Shown one piece after another: positions 26,846 through 37,864 of a stretch of 50,393 bases of DNA. Position 1 is the first letter of the stretch. Each line of letters starts with the position of its first letter. The notes under the pieces are model-generated. The model did not search any database. It saw nothing but the letters and a program-made list of their open reading frames with translations, and was not told the DNA's origin. A program made the translations under genes and the position numbers. Origin of the DNA: Pseudomonadota bacterium (lineage in GTDB: Bacteria > Pseudomonadota > Gammaproteobacteria > Pseudomonadales > UBA6940); NCBI GenBank assembly GCA_040386355.1, contig JAZKFP010000029.1, positions 1 through 50,393 of the forward strand, written 5' to 3'.

Positions 26846-28762
26846 TTAATGCAAAATATTGTCATGGTCATCGGAATCTAAAAAGCTACGTAATAATTTA
26901 GATCGCGACGGGTGACGTAATTTACGCAATGCTTTTGCTTCAATTTGACGAATCCGTTCACGCGTTACGTCAAATTGTTTTCCAACTTCTTCAAGCGTGT
27001 GATCGGTATTCATATCAATACCAAACCGCATACTTAATACTTTTGCTTCGCGTGCTGTGAGCCCTGCTAAGACTTTACGAGTCGACTCACGTAAGCCTTC
27101 AGTGGTTGCAGCGTCGACTGGAAGTTCCATTGTAGTGTCTTCAATAAAGTCGCCTAAGTGGCTGTCTTCATCATCACCAATGGGCGTTTCCATTGAGATT
27201 GGTTCTTTCGCAATTTTTAATACTTTGCGAACTTTATCTTCTGGCATTTCTAAACGTTCACCCAATTCTTCAGGCGTTGGTTCGCGTCCCATTTCTTGTA
27301 ACATCTGACGAGATACACGATTTAATTTATTAATCGTTTCAATCATATGTACTGGAATACGAATCGTACGCGCTTGATCGGCAATCGAACGAGTAATTGC
27401 TTGACGAATCCACCATGTTGCATAGGTCGAAAATTTATAGCCGCGACGGTATTCGAATTTATCAACCGCTTTCATCAAACCAATATTGCCTTCTTGGATT
27501 AAATCTAAGAATTGCAAACCGCGGTTGGTGTATTTTTTTGCAATCGAAATTACTAATCTTAAATTCGCTTCCACCATTTCTTTTTTTGCACGACGTGCTT
27601 TCGCTTCACCAATCGATAAACGGCGATTGATATCTTTTATTTCTGCGATATTAATGCCGACTTTAGTTTGAATATCGATAAAACGTTGTTGCGCTTTTAA
27701 TACTTCCGGTTTTACCGCATCTAAATTTGCAGCAAGTGCTGGAAATTTTGTTTTTTGAGCTTCGATCCAATCTAAATTGTCTTCTTGCCCTGGAAAACGT
27801 TTAATAAAATCTTTACGTGGAAATTTTGCTTTAGTAATACAAATTTTTAAAATATTACGTTCTTGAGTTCGGATTTCTTCCAAAGCACCGCGCACTTGAT
27901 TGATAAAAAATTCGAATAAACGAGGAGCCAATTTAAAGCACTGTACGCTTTCAGCCATGGCTTCAACGGCTTTAAGAACGACTTTAGAATCGCGAGTGTT
28001 ACGCTTTAACGAGGTTTGAACTTTTTTATGCAGTTTATCTAATTCTTCAAAACGTCGACGTGCTTCTTCTGGATCGAGTCCGCCTTCTTCGGCATCGTCT
28101 TCTGTCGCGCCTTCAACCGCGGTTTCACCTTCAGCTTCTTCTTCGCCTTCTAAAGCGGCAGCCGCTTTTTCAGGACTAACAAGCGGAATTGCATCGGGAT
28201 CAATATTTAAATCGACTTCAGGAAGTGGCGGGGCAATAACGATTACGTCATCTAAGTAACCCGTGATCACTTCGTTAATACGACGATTGCCTGCTTCAAC
28301 GGCAGCCCATTCGGCCAATAAATGTTCGACAATACCAGGCCAGTACGTCATCGCATTTAAAACTTGGCGAAAACCTTCTTCAATACGTTTGGCGATTTCA
28401 ATTTCGCCTTCACGCGTTAATAATTCAACGCTACCCATTTCACGCATGTACATGCGAACGGGGTCAGTAGTGCGACCAGGCTCAGTTTCAACGGACGCTA
28501 ATGCAGCCGCAGCTTCTTCTGCCGCGTCTTCATCGGATTCACTGGGAGCTTCGTCGTTGAGTAACAATGCATCTTCTTCTGGAGCCGATTCATAGACCGG
28601 AATCCCCATGTCATTAATCATCCCGATGATGTCTTCAATCTGATCGGGATCGGTAATGTCTTCTGGAAGATGGTCATTGACTTCGGCGTAGGTAAGATAA
28701 CCTTGCTCTTTACCGCGACTGATCAAATTTTTTAACTGGGAAGCTTGTTCTTGCGTACTCAT
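26846..28762 (-). CDS. rpoD: RNA polymerase sigma-70 factor
   Basis: [48 protein letters not shown] and region 4 HTH. Confidence 0.99.
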   Translation of the reverse strand: MSTQEQASQLKNLISRGKEQGYLTYAEVNDHLPEDITDPDQIEDIIGMINDMGIPVYESAPEEDALLLNDEAPSESDEDAAEEAAAALASVETEPGRTTDPVRMYMREMGSVELLTREGEIEIAKRIEEGFRQVLNAMTYWPGIVEHLLAEWAAVEAGNRRINEVITGYLDDVIVIAPPLPEVDLNIDPDAIPLVSPEKAAAALEGEEEAEGETAVEGATEDDAEEGGLDPEEARRRFEELDKLHKKVQTSLKRNTRDSKVVLKAVEAMAESVQCFKLAPRLFEFFINQVRGALEEIRTQERNILKICITKAKFPRKDFIKRFPGQEDNLDWIEAQKTKFPALAANLDAVKPEVLKAQQRFIDIQTKVGINIAEIKDINRRLSIGEAKARRAKKEMVEANLRLVISIAKKYTNRGLQFLDLIQEGNIGLMKAVDKFEYRRGYKFSTYATWWIRQAITRSIADQARTIRIPVHMIETINKLNRVSRQMLQEMGREPTPEELGERLEMPEDKVRKVLKIAKEPISMETPIGDDEDSHLGDFIEDTTMELPVDAATTEGLRESTRKVLAGLTAREAKVLSMRFGIDMNTDHTLEEVGKQFDVTRERIRQIEAKALRKLRHPSRSKLLRSFLDSDDHDNILH

Positions 28763-28872
28763 GAAATATCCAAAATGGAGTCAAAAGCTGAGATGCAGAA
28801 AACCAAACGGCGGATTATACATACCGGGCTTCAAACTGGCTACTCAGATTGAGACATTAAAGGGTTTGAATT

Positions 28873-30786
28873 CTAAATACTTTCGTCGGCTTTCTGTTGC
28901 AAAAGATGAAGTATTTTCTTCATATTGCGTTCAGGTCGGCTTAATTCAAGTTCTAATTCTTGTTCTAAAAACCAACGTTGCAGCTGTTGGGTGACATCGG
29001 TGAATTCTAATTCAATCGAATCGGCGTTTAATAAAAATTCATTGGCGGTAAGTTGACTTAATAATTGGCCTTCTGGTTGGCCGTGCCAAAGCCCCATTAA
29101 AAAGGCAATGCTAATTTTAGGATCGAGTTGCAGCTGGTCAATTAATTCCGCCAAAATTTTTGCTTCTGGGGGAAGTGAAGGGAAGTGAGTCCAGCCTTTA
29201 GGTAATTGTAATTCTTGTACGCGCTCTGGTTGTTTTAATAGATGCCGAATCAAAATATTAAATAAGGAGGGCGGTGCCGTAGTTCTGGTCGGCTGTGGCG
29301 TCCATCCAGCACGCGGTTTAAAAGGTCCATTCCAGGTTTTTTTAGCCCCAGAATATTTTGAATTGTATTTATTTTCCGGAGGTTTCGAATGCAATAGAAA
29401 TACATTTGGATCATTGTTTTCAGTGGGTGGAATATTCGGTGAATAATTTGGTTCAGCGTTTGATTTTTTACTGGCAGAATATTTCGGTTGCGTGAGCTGT
29501 TGTTGAAGTTGATCGATAGCCAAGCCTGATTGTCGACTCAATTCTTGTAATAATAAATCACGTAAAATACCGTTTTTCATTTCACGCAAATGCTGCAGCG
29601 CGTTTTGCACAAAAATCGCACGGCCTTCAATTTCTTTAAGTGAAACATTTTCACTTAAATGTCGAAAGAAGAAATCCGTTAATGATTCGGACCCCTCAAC
29701 TTGCGCTAAAAAACGCGCTTTACCTTGTTTGCGTACAAACGAATCCGGATCTTCACCGTCCGGCAAAAAAATCAGACGACAAGTTTTTCCTTCCGGTAAT
29801 TCACGTAATAAAATTTCAGTCGCACGCCATGCTGCTTTATGACCGGCGCTATCGCCATCAAAACAAAAAATTAGTTGATCGGTGTAACGAAATAATTGTC
29901 GAATATGTTCTTGGCTTGTGCTTGTGCCAAGCGTTGCAACAACGTCATGAATGCCGTGTTCATGCAATGCAATGACATCCAAATACCCTTCAACAATCAT
30001 CATCCACGGATGATTGCGAGATTGTTTTAACGCGTGGTCAATACCGTACAGTTCATGAATTTTTTGGAATAACGTGGTTTCAGGAGAATTTAAATATTTG
30101 GGTTTGCTGTCGCCAATCGCACGTCCACCAAAACCAATGAGTTCACCTCGGTGATTACGAATCGGAAACATAATTCGATGACGGAATCGATCGTACATTC
30201 GACCTTGCGCATGGTCCGCAAATAGCCCAGATTCTTTTAATTGTGCTTCGTGAATTTTTTGTTTTTTTAATTGTTGTAATAAGCCATCCCATTGATTTGG
30301 AGCGTATCCAATTTCGAAATTACGTTGGCTTTCTATCCTCACGCCGCGAGATATTAAATATTCTTTGGCCGGGTGATTGTGCGGAGCGCTGGTAAGTTGT
30401 TGCCGAAAAAATGTATTCGCAATTTCAAGTAATTCACGACTACTTTTTTTCTGGTCGCGGTATTCTTGGGCATTGCTGGATTCTGCTTCGAGTTCTAGCG
30501 TAATGTTTGCTTGCTCTGCTAATCGACCCACAGCTTCTGGAAAAGATAAATGTTGGTAATCCATTAAAAAACCAATGGCATTGCCTTTAGCGCCACAGCC
30601 AAAGCAATAAAAAAAAGATTTATCTGGGCTTACGGTGAAAGAGGGTGAATGTTCGTCGTGAAAAGGGCAGCATGCTGCCCAATTTTTACCAGCGCGTTTG
30701 AGAGGAACAAACTGGCGTACAAGGTCAACAATATCGGTACGTTGAAGAATTTCTTCGATGGTCGATTGGGGGATGCGACCAGCCAT
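28873..30786 (-). CDS. dnaG: DNA primase
   Basis: CPFH...CFGC zinc ribbon, KYLNSPET, TOPRIM VEGYLDV and FDGD motifs. Confidence 0.99.
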   Translation of the reverse strand: MAGRIPQSTIEEILQRTDIVDLVRQFVPLKRAGKNWAACCPFHDEHSPSFTVSPDKSFFYCFGCGAKGNAIGFLMDYQHLSFPEAVGRLAEQANITLELEAESSNAQEYRDQKKSSRELLEIANTFFRQQLTSAPHNHPAKEYLISRGVRIESQRNFEIGYAPNQWDGLLQQLKKQKIHEAQLKESGLFADHAQGRMYDRFRHRIMFPIRNHRGELIGFGGRAIGDSKPKYLNSPETTLFQKIHELYGIDHALKQSRNHPWMMIVEGYLDVIALHEHGIHDVVATLGTSTSQEHIRQLFRYTDQLIFCFDGDSAGHKAAWRATEILLRELPEGKTCRLIFLPDGEDPDSFVRKQGKARFLAQVEGSESLTDFFFRHLSENVSLKEIEGRAIFVQNALQHLREMKNGILRDLLLQELSRQSGLAIDQLQQQLTQPKYSASKKSNAEPNYSPNIPPTENNDPNVFLLHSKPPENKYNSKYSGAKKTWNGPFKPRAGWTPQPTRTTAPPSLFNILIRHLLKQPERVQELQLPKGWTHFPSLPPEAKILAELIDQLQLDPKISIAFLMGLWHGQPEGQLLSQLTANEFLLNADSIELEFTDVTQQLQRWFLEQELELELSRPERNMKKILHLLQQKADESI

Positions 30787-30804
30787 AGCTGTCCTTGAAA
30801 TGTT

Positions 30805-30970
30805 TACCTTTATCGAAATAATTTTCCAGGTTGTTGCCGCTTATTCGCCCTGAACTTTTTTAATCAAAAAGGTTCAGCATACTTTTAGTACGCTGCGCGG
30901 GCTTATTTCACGAGCGCGTGCAACGCCATTCGCAAGACGTTGCACTAGAAAATCATTTCGCTTTCGGTAT
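30805..30970. repeat. Second MITE/ERIC-like family, copy B
   Basis: tacctttatcgaaataattttccagg ... gtgcaacgccattcgcaagacgttgcactagaaaatcatttcgctttcggtat. Confidence 0.6.
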
Positions 30971-31000
30971 ATGCGAACTAAATAATAAATTGTTATCTCT

Positions 31001-31453
31001 TTAAGCAGAAGCTAATTCTGTTTTAACCAATCGGCTTACAGCGCTCATGTCAGCGCGACCTTGTAATTCAGATTTTAAAATTGCCATAACCAAGCCCATA
31101 TCGGTTGGACCTTTAGCGCCGGATTGTTGAATCGCAGCCTGAATACGTTGTTGAACTTCCGCATCACTCAGCGGCTGTGGTAAGAAAGAACGAAACAATT
31201 GAATTTCAGACCGTTCTTTTTCTGCGCTTTCAGCTCGGCCAGCGCCATCAAATTGTGCCGCTGATTCTTCACCGCGCTTAATTAATTTGGTGATAACCGC
31301 CATGCAGCGTGCATCATCTAATTCAATACGTTCGTCGACTTCAATTTGTTTGAAAGCAGCAGACAACATACGAAGGGCCGTTAATCGATCTTTTTCTTTG
31401 GCTCGCATTGCATCTTTAATAGCGTGTTGAACGGATTCTTTAATGGCACTCAT
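31001..31453 (-). CDS. GatB/YqeY domain protein
   Basis: IKDAMRAKEK.RL..LR, KQIEVD and GRADM motifs; typical rpsU-yqeY-dnaG position. Confidence 0.93.
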   Translation of the reverse strand: MSAIKESVQHAIKDAMRAKEKDRLTALRMLSAAFKQIEVDERIELDDARCMAVITKLIKRGEESAAQFDGAGRAESAEKERSEIQLFRSFLPQPLSDAEVQQRIQAAIQQSGAKGPTDMGLVMAILKSELQGRADMSAVSRLVKTELASA

Positions 31454-31475
31454 TGAGGTACATCCGATTTTGACT

Positions 31476-31551
31476 TACCTGCCCAGAATTATTTTCCAAG
31501 TGCAATGCCGTTTGTAAGACATTTCACTTGGAAAATAATTCTGAATTGGTA
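31476..31551. repeat. Second MITE/ERIC-like family, copy C (short, long hairpin)
   Basis: cagaattattttccaagtg ... cacttggaaaataattctg inverted arms. Confidence 0.65.
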
Positions 31552-31593
31552 CAGATCGCAAGAGCTATAAATTTTTTATAAAAAAAATGGGGA

Positions 31594-31809
31594 TTAATAC
31601 AAACGCTTACGACGTGCTTGCTCGCGAGCTAGTTTTTTAGCATGTCTTTTAACTGCCGCAGCCAGTTTTCGCTTCCGAACCTGAGTTGGTTTTTCATAAT
31701 GCTCACGTCGACGTACTTCTGCGAGAATTCCAGATTTTTCACAGGAACGCTTAAAACGACGTAAAGCGATATCAAAGGGTTCGTTGTCTCTAACTTTTAC
31801 TTGTGGCAT
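31594..31809 (-). CDS. rpsU: 30S ribosomal protein S21
   Basis: [25 protein letters not shown]...YEKPT. Confidence 0.99.
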   Translation of the reverse strand: MPQVKVRDNEPFDIALRRFKRSCEKSGILAEVRRREHYEKPTQVRKRKLAAAVKRHAKKLAREQARRKRLY

Positions 31810-31958
31810 AAAATCATGTACCTAAAAAATTAAAACGTAAGATGAAAACAGACAAATTCAAAAGGAGCGACAGTGTAATCTGGCCGCAAAAAAAAAGCAA
31901 AACCAAAAACACGGACATTGATAGCAGGTTAACGAATGATTTCATTAGCAATGAATGA

Positions 31959-33305
31959 TTAAAGGTATACCAATGAGGCTAAGCCTAAAAATGAAAAAAA
32001 TCCGACAATATCGGTCACAGTAGTTAATACCACACTCCCTGCAAGCGCCGGATCAACTCGCATACGTTTTAAAACCGCTGGAATAATGCTTCCCGCTATT
32101 GCCGCGCACATTAGGTTAATCATCATTGCAGCTGCAATAATTAACCCCAAAGAAATATCCGAGAACCAAACCGATGCAGTCATACCAACTACCACCGCCC
32201 ACACTAGACCATTGATAGCTGCGACACCCATTTCACGCATTAAAAACCAGCGAAAGTTTTTGGAATGCAATTGTCCTAGCGCCATGCCACGAATAACTAA
32301 GGTTAATGTTTGGTTGCCCGCAACGCCCCCCATGCTGGCAACAATTGGCATAAGCACTGCCAACGCAACAATTTTCGCTAGGGTGACTTCAAAAAGATCA
32401 ATTACTGCGGAGGCAGCGAGAGCTGTTAATAAATTCATCCCAAGCCAAAATGCGCGTCGCTGACTGGTGCGCACTACAGGTGCAAAAGTATCCTCAGCTT
32501 CATCAAGACCTGCCATGCTCATTAATGAATGCGCGCCTTCGTTGCGGATAACATCTACTACGTCATCAATCGTAATACGGCCTAATAATTTACCGTTTAA
32601 ATCCAATACAGGCAGGCTAATTAAATCCCGACGTTCAAATAATTGAGCAACTTTGAATGCTGGAACATTGGGTGTGACAAAGGTGAATTCAGTCCGCATA
32701 ACGTCTTTAACAAGCTTGTTCGGATCTGAAACTAACAGAGTTGAAATTGGTAATGTACCGATAACAACGTCTTGGCGATCGATCACTATTAAGTGATCAG
32801 TTGTTTCCGGAAGTGCGGTATGTCGACGTAAATAGCGCGACACAACTTCCAACGTAATATTGGGCCGAATCGTTATTGAATCGGTATTTAATAATCCTCC
32901 CGCCGTATCTTCGTCGTATGACAAAACATGTTGAATACGCTGACGACGTTGTTCATCAAATGAGGCAAGAATTTGTTCGGTAATTGCAGCGGGCAGTTCT
33001 TGTAAAACATCGACTAAGTCATCGGCTTCAAGGGTTGTCATTAATTGCGCAATAGTGGCAGCGTCTAAATCTTTGAGATACTCCGCCCGAATTTCTTCAT
33101 TTAAATGTGAGAGAACTTCACTTTCTTGTTTAGGGTCAATCAACCGCCATAATAAGGCGCGGTAACGAGGCGGACTCGACTCGATAAAATGGCTAATGTC
33201 TGCGGCGGGCATGTCATGCAATAATGTTTGTAATGCGTGAAATGAGCCAAGATCTAACGCTTCTGTTAAATGTTTTTTAGGATGAGATAAAGAGCTATTT
33301 GACAT
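31959..33305 (-). CDS. mgtE: Magnesium transporter MgtE
   Basis: CBS pair, GRITIDD, SMGGVAGNQT, DPALAG and TTVTD motifs. Confidence 0.97.
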   Translation of the reverse strand: MSNSSLSHPKKHLTEALDLGSFHALQTLLHDMPAADISHFIESSPPRYRALLWRLIDPKQESEVLSHLNEEIRAEYLKDLDAATIAQLMTTLEADDLVDVLQELPAAITEQILASFDEQRRQRIQHVLSYDEDTAGGLLNTDSITIRPNITLEVVSRYLRRHTALPETTDHLIVIDRQDVVIGTLPISTLLVSDPNKLVKDVMRTEFTFVTPNVPAFKVAQLFERRDLISLPVLDLNGKLLGRITIDDVVDVIRNEGAHSLMSMAGLDEAEDTFAPVVRTSQRRAFWLGMNLLTALAASAVIDLFEVTLAKIVALAVLMPIVASMGGVAGNQTLTLVIRGMALGQLHSKNFRWFLMREMGVAAINGLVWAVVVGMTASVWFSDISLGLIIAAAMMINLMCAAIAGSIIPAVLKRMRVDPALAGSVVLTTVTDIVGFFSFLGLASLVYL

Positions 33306-33462
33306 AGGTAATCACGTTTATGCAAAAGGAAGAATTATATCAAAGATCGACAGCCTGATCTTGAAACATAGATCATTTATCGTTGATTCGGATTCACTAG
33401 AAAGGAAATAATTGTAGGATGTGAGATAGGTTTATACTTTTTGGTTGAAGAATGACCACTAG

Positions 33463-33744
33463 TTATTCTGATTCACCGAATCGATTTTTAAATAACTCGG
33501 TAATTGCTACACGGGCTTCTTCGGCGTCATCACCTTCAATGCGCAGCTCCAACTCTGTGCCTTGATTTGCTGCCAACATTAAAACAGACATAATACTTTT
33601 TGCATTCACTGTAATATCTTTCTTTGTTAATTCAATTGAGCATACATAGTGATTGGCCAATGCAACCAATTTCGCGGCAGCACGGGCATGAATGCCTAGC
33701 TTATTCTCAACTAATAAACGCTCATGTAAAGAATGTGACGACAT
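33463..33744 (-). CDS. npr: HPr-family phosphocarrier (NPr)
   Basis: NKLGIHARAAA and NAKSIM motifs; position in the rpoN cluster. Confidence 0.93.
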   Translation of the reverse strand: MSSHSLHERLLVENKLGIHARAAAKLVALANHYVCSIELTKKDITVNAKSIMSVLMLAANQGTELELRIEGDDAEEARVAITELFKNRFGESE

Positions 33745-33755
33745 AAACTCTGTTC

Positions 33756-34694
33756 TCAGCAAGCCAGTGAAGTACGATCAAGACTGGCTAGCTGCTCATG
33801 ACGAATTTGTAATTGTTCACCAAAATCAGCCTGCAGTTCTTTAAATAAATGTTCTGCTAAAAAAACCGAGCGATGTTGGCCGCCAGTACAGCCGATCGAT
33901 ACAGTAATGTAATGCCGATTATTTTGCTCAAATCGCGGCAGCCATTTTTTTAACAATACTAAATAATCGTTGCATAGCTCTGTTGTAATTGTTTGTTGCG
34001 ATAAAAATTCAATAACCGGTTGATCTTTTCCCGTAAGATTTCTCAATGCTGGGATCCAATGCGGATTAGGTAAACAACGTACGTCTAATACAAAATCGGA
34101 TTCTGCCGGTACGCCATGTTTATATCCGAACGATTGAATCAAAATCGACATGCGTTTGGTATTTTGATCGGCTTGTGCGGTCATTCGATCGCGCAATTCA
34201 TGTAAGGTCATGCGTGAGGTATCGATAACGCAGTTGGCTTCGTTGGCAATTGGGTTAAGAAGAGCTTGCTCTAATTGCAAAGCTTCCCGTAAAGATAAAC
34301 TTTTAGTTTGCAATGGATGTTTACGCCGCGTTTCACTAAAACGTCGAAGCAAAATAGCTTCGGATGCATCAAGAAATACAATATAAATATTGAGAGCTGG
34401 ATCACCGCGTAATTTTGCTAAGGTTTCGGGAAAGGTTTTAAAGTGCTGCATTAAATTGCGTGCGTCGACGCCAATTGCAAGTTTTTGCTGTGGTTCCGAA
34501 CCAGGTGCTAGACGTACTTGATCTACCAATTCTGCAAGCAGTGCTAAAGGTAAATTATCCACACAATAAAAACCAAGATCTTCTAATACATGCAATGCGG
34601 TTGTTTTGCCCGATCCCGAACGCCCGCTAATAATGTATAAATTCAATATTTTTGTATGAGAGGATTTGTCTGTAGCACCAGTGACATCAGTCAT
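33756..34694 (-). CDS. rapZ: RNase adaptor RapZ
   Basis: ISGRSGSGKT, CVDNLP, RRFSETRRKHPL and GCTGGQHRSV motifs. Confidence 0.98.
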   Translation of the reverse strand: MTDVTGATDKSSHTKILNLYIISGRSGSGKTTALHVLEDLGFYCVDNLPLALLAELVDQVRLAPGSEPQQKLAIGVDARNLMQHFKTFPETLAKLRGDPALNIYIVFLDASEAILLRRFSETRRKHPLQTKSLSLREALQLEQALLNPIANEANCVIDTSRMTLHELRDRMTAQADQNTKRMSILIQSFGYKHGVPAESDFVLDVRCLPNPHWIPALRNLTGKDQPVIEFLSQQTITTELCNDYLVLLKKWLPRFEQNNRHYITVSIGCTGGQHRSVFLAEHLFKELQADFGEQLQIRHEQLASLDRTSLAC

Positions 34695-34735
34695 AAATGT
34701 ATTTCATCCTTGAAACAACTCATGTGAGTTTTAAT

Positions 34736-35221
34736 TTAAGCAGTTACTGGACTATATGACTCTGTTTTTATTTCAAGCGATTGAAAGCGCATATGTAAAT
34801 CAGGTGTGGATTGTGCAGTCGTTAAATATTGATGATGAGAAGTGTGGCTTAATAAAACGGCAATATCTCGTAATAACCCTAAATGTTGTTCATGCTCATG
34901 CAGTGGTGCAATTAAAATAAAAATTAGATTAACCCACTGATTATCAATTGCATCAAAATCAACTGGTTTTTCTAAAGTAATAAGCATTCCTATAGGACGG
35001 GTTAATCCTGAAACTCTACAGTGTGGAATAGCAACACCTCCACCTAATGCCGTACTTCCCAATTTTTCCCTGCTCATAAGATTTTTATAAAGCTCATGCG
35101 CATCTACTTCCGGCATTCGTTCCACAACATGTTCAGCAACTAAGGTGAATAGACTTTTTTTGCTTTGGACTTGTACATGATGCAACGTGAAAGGTTCAGT
35201 AATAACATTCTGAATTTTCAT
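34736..35221 (-). CDS. ptsN: PTS IIA-Ntr
   Basis: REKLGSTALGGGVAIPHCR and DFDAID motifs. Confidence 0.95.
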   Translation of the reverse strand: MKIQNVITEPFTLHHVQVQSKKSLFTLVAEHVVERMPEVDAHELYKNLMSREKLGSTALGGGVAIPHCRVSGLTRPIGMLITLEKPVDFDAIDNQWVNLIFILIAPLHEHEQHLGLLRDIAVLLSHTSHHQYLTTAQSTPDLHMRFQSLEIKTESYSPVTA

Positions 35222-35437
35222 GATTTTAATAATCCACAACTTTAAAGCAACGCATTAATTTAAAATGAGCGCTAATCCTACCACAGAGAATTTGAGTAAT
35301 CTGCTTTGGTCGTTGGTTGATTTGCAATGATAAATCTAGAAGGGAGTTTTAAATCCTTCTCTTCTCACTATGGTTTACATTTCAAGAATGAAGTAAGTCA
35401 GTGGTAAGAGAAGGAAAATACAGAAATTCAAAAAGTT

Positions 35438-35734
35438 TTAAGCTCGACGCTTAAGTTGTTTTTCTTTGTGTTTGAGTAATTGTCTATCGAGTTTATCAAC
35501 GAGGGTATCAATAGCGGCGTACATATCATCGTGAATTTGTTCAGCGAAGATTTCAGTACCTTTGATATGTAATATTGCTTCTGCTTTATGTCCAATTTTT
35601 TGTTCGACCGAAAGAATCACATTGGCTTGAATAATTCCATCGGAATGGCGAGCTAGTCTTTGAAGTTTCTCCTTAACGTATGTTTCTAGCGCTTCAGTGA
35701 GGTCAACATGATGTCCGCTGATGGTGAGTTGCAT
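35438..35734 (-). CDS. hpf: Ribosome hibernation promoting factor
   Basis: MQLTISGHHVDLTEAL...DMYAAID...LDRQL; directly downstream of rpoN. Confidence 0.97.
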   Translation of the reverse strand: MQLTISGHHVDLTEALETYVKEKLQRLARHSDGIIQANVILSVEQKIGHKAEAILHIKGTEIFAEQIHDDMYAAIDTLVDKLDRQLLKHKEKQLKRRA

Positions 35735-35909
35735 AATGCGCTCCTATCTTCTCAGATCGTTTTTTACATTCCTATTAACCTTAACGAATAGTTTGTAATT
35801 AGTCGCCCCAATTCGTAAGGCTTTCTAAGATCTTGACTTTGAATTAACAAATATTCATGCCTGATAATCCTTTTTAACTAATTTTATTCTGGCAAAATTA
35901 TTAAAAAAA

Positions 35910-37418
35910 TTAATCAATTAACTTCTTTCTTTGGTTGGAGGAAGCAATTTTCAAGATCTTGCGATATTTAGCAATCGTTCTACGCGCTACATTAATGCCA
36001 CGTTCTATCATCAAATCAGCAATTTGATTATCACTTAATGGATTTTGTGGAGATTCCTCCATAACCAATTTTTTAATCATCGCTTGAATTGCAGTTGAAG
36101 AGCATTCGCCGCCACTCTCCGTATTCACATGACTTGAAAAAAAGTATTTTAATTCAAAAATACCGTACGTTGTATGCATAAATTTTTGAGTCGTCACCCG
36201 AGAAATAGTTGATTCATGCATACCAACTGCCGCCGCAATATCACTTAAAATAAGCGGCTTCATAAATTCTTCGCCCTTTTCAAAAAAATCTAATTGATGT
36301 TCAACAATCTGCGTAGCTACTTTGAGCAGTGTTTCATTACGACTCTGTAAGCTTTTAATAAACCAGCGTGCTTCTTGTAAATGCTGCTTAATATAACCCG
36401 CACTTGCGCTGTCTGTACGCGCCAAACTGGCGTAATGATTATTAATTCTCAAAGAAGGAATAGCGTCAGTATTTAATTCAATCCGCCAGCGATCACTGGT
36501 TTTGCGGACAATGACATCCGGTATTACGTACTCGGTTGGAGTCGAAAACATGCATTCGCCAGGTGCTGGATCGAGCGTTTGGATAAGCGATAGCACAGCT
36601 TTAGATTCTTCATCAGAAATTTGCGCTTTTCGCAATAGCATATGAAAATCACGTTGGGATTTAATTTGATCCGCAGCTTTTAACACTTCAATTGCGCGGT
36701 CGCGATATTCTATAAACATCGAAGACTCTAATTGCTTAAGTTGAAGAATAAGACATTCTTGTAAAGACCTTGCGCCAATTCCTGCAGGTTCAAAATGTTG
36801 AATACGATGCAAAACCGCTTCTAATTCTTCTACGTCTATTGAGTTATCTTCTTCAGAATCTTGATCAATTAACTCGCTAATCTCAGCTATCCAAGCCGTT
36901 TGGCAGGTTTCTAAGAGATCTGCTAATGGCGTGATTAAATAGCCACGTGAGTCGATGCTTTCAATAAGAATTTCTGCAATTAAACGGTCTTTATCAGTAA
37001 AGGGCGTCAAATTTAACTGCCATAACAAATGATCTGTCAGCGTCGTAACAGCAGTATTTTTTTCATCGAAATTCATGTCGTCGTCATCAGAACTGCCGCT
37101 CGATCCAGATCCGCTTCCGCTAAATACATCATCCCAAACTGAATCGATTGGAAGGTCTTCTGGAATATCTTGTTGCTGTTCTAGATCCAGGCTTTGTTCG
37201 CTGTCCTCAACAGTTTCTGCCGCGCGAATAGGCTCATCCACTTCACTGCCAAAACTTTCTTGCTCTTCGTTAAGTTCAAGTAATGGATTCGATTCCAATG
37301 CTTGTTGAATTTCTAGTTCTAAATCAATGGATGAGAGCTGAAGTAGTTTGATAGCCTGCTGCAATTGTGGGGTCATCGTCAGTTGCTGACTCATTTTTAG
37401 CATCAAGCTTTGTTTCAT
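35910..37418 (-). CDS. rpoN: RNA polymerase sigma-54 factor
   Basis: QQLTMTPQLQQAIKLLQL, HESTISR and RpoN box ARRTIAKYR. Confidence 0.99.
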   Translation of the reverse strand: MKQSLMLKMSQQLTMTPQLQQAIKLLQLSSIDLELEIQQALESNPLLELNEEQESFGSEVDEPIRAAETVEDSEQSLDLEQQQDIPEDLPIDSVWDDVFSGSGSGSSGSSDDDDMNFDEKNTAVTTLTDHLLWQLNLTPFTDKDRLIAEILIESIDSRGYLITPLADLLETCQTAWIAEISELIDQDSEEDNSIDVEELEAVLHRIQHFEPAGIGARSLQECLILQLKQLESSMFIEYRDRAIEVLKAADQIKSQRDFHMLLRKAQISDEESKAVLSLIQTLDPAPGECMFSTPTEYVIPDVIVRKTSDRWRIELNTDAIPSLRINNHYASLARTDSASAGYIKQHLQEARWFIKSLQSRNETLLKVATQIVEHQLDFFEKGEEFMKPLILSDIAAAVGMHESTISRVTTQKFMHTTYGIFELKYFFSSHVNTESGGECSSTAIQAMIKKLVMEESPQNPLSDNQIADLMIERGINVARRTIAKYRKILKIASSNQRKKLID

Positions 37419-37540
37419 TGGATCGTAAAACTCCTAGAATAAATTTGATCAGTCTTATATCAAAGTAATTGAATTTAAAGAAATTTTTCTAATTTCAAAT
37501 TTGTAGCCACCTATGATACTTTAAAAATTGACATGCCGTA

Positions 37541-37557
37541 TAGCAATTAATATGCCA
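37541..37557 (-). promoter_or_regulatory. Sigma-54 consensus site upstream of rpoN, oriented toward it
   Basis: Minus strand TGGCATATTAATTGCTA matches TGGCA-N6-TTGC (GG-N10-GC). Confidence 0.7.
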
Positions 37558-37864
37558 TGCAAATTTGGATGATTTTTAAAGTTAATACAACAGAGTTGAA
37601 TACTAGAATGCTGACTCGATAACAGAACATTGTCATGGGAATATTTTTAGATGAGATTTTTGTAAAAAAGTGGCATATGGAATAAATTACCGCTCAAATA
37701 CTTTTGATGCGGACTTAAGTTAATCCGAATAATTAAGGAAATGCAGCAAATAAATTAAGTGAGAACAGAAAGGTGATAACAACGTAATGATGGATCAAAA
37801 TAATTAAACGTGTGCAAAGCATTCAGCAAAGAAAAAATCGTAATGCCAATTTCCCCTTCATATA

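Noticed and set aside
27057-37308. Plus-strand ORFs inside rpoD, dnaG, mgtE and rpoN (and antisense ORFs in katG and the giant ORF)
   Set aside because: They are antisense shadows of well-supported genes with no motifs of their own.
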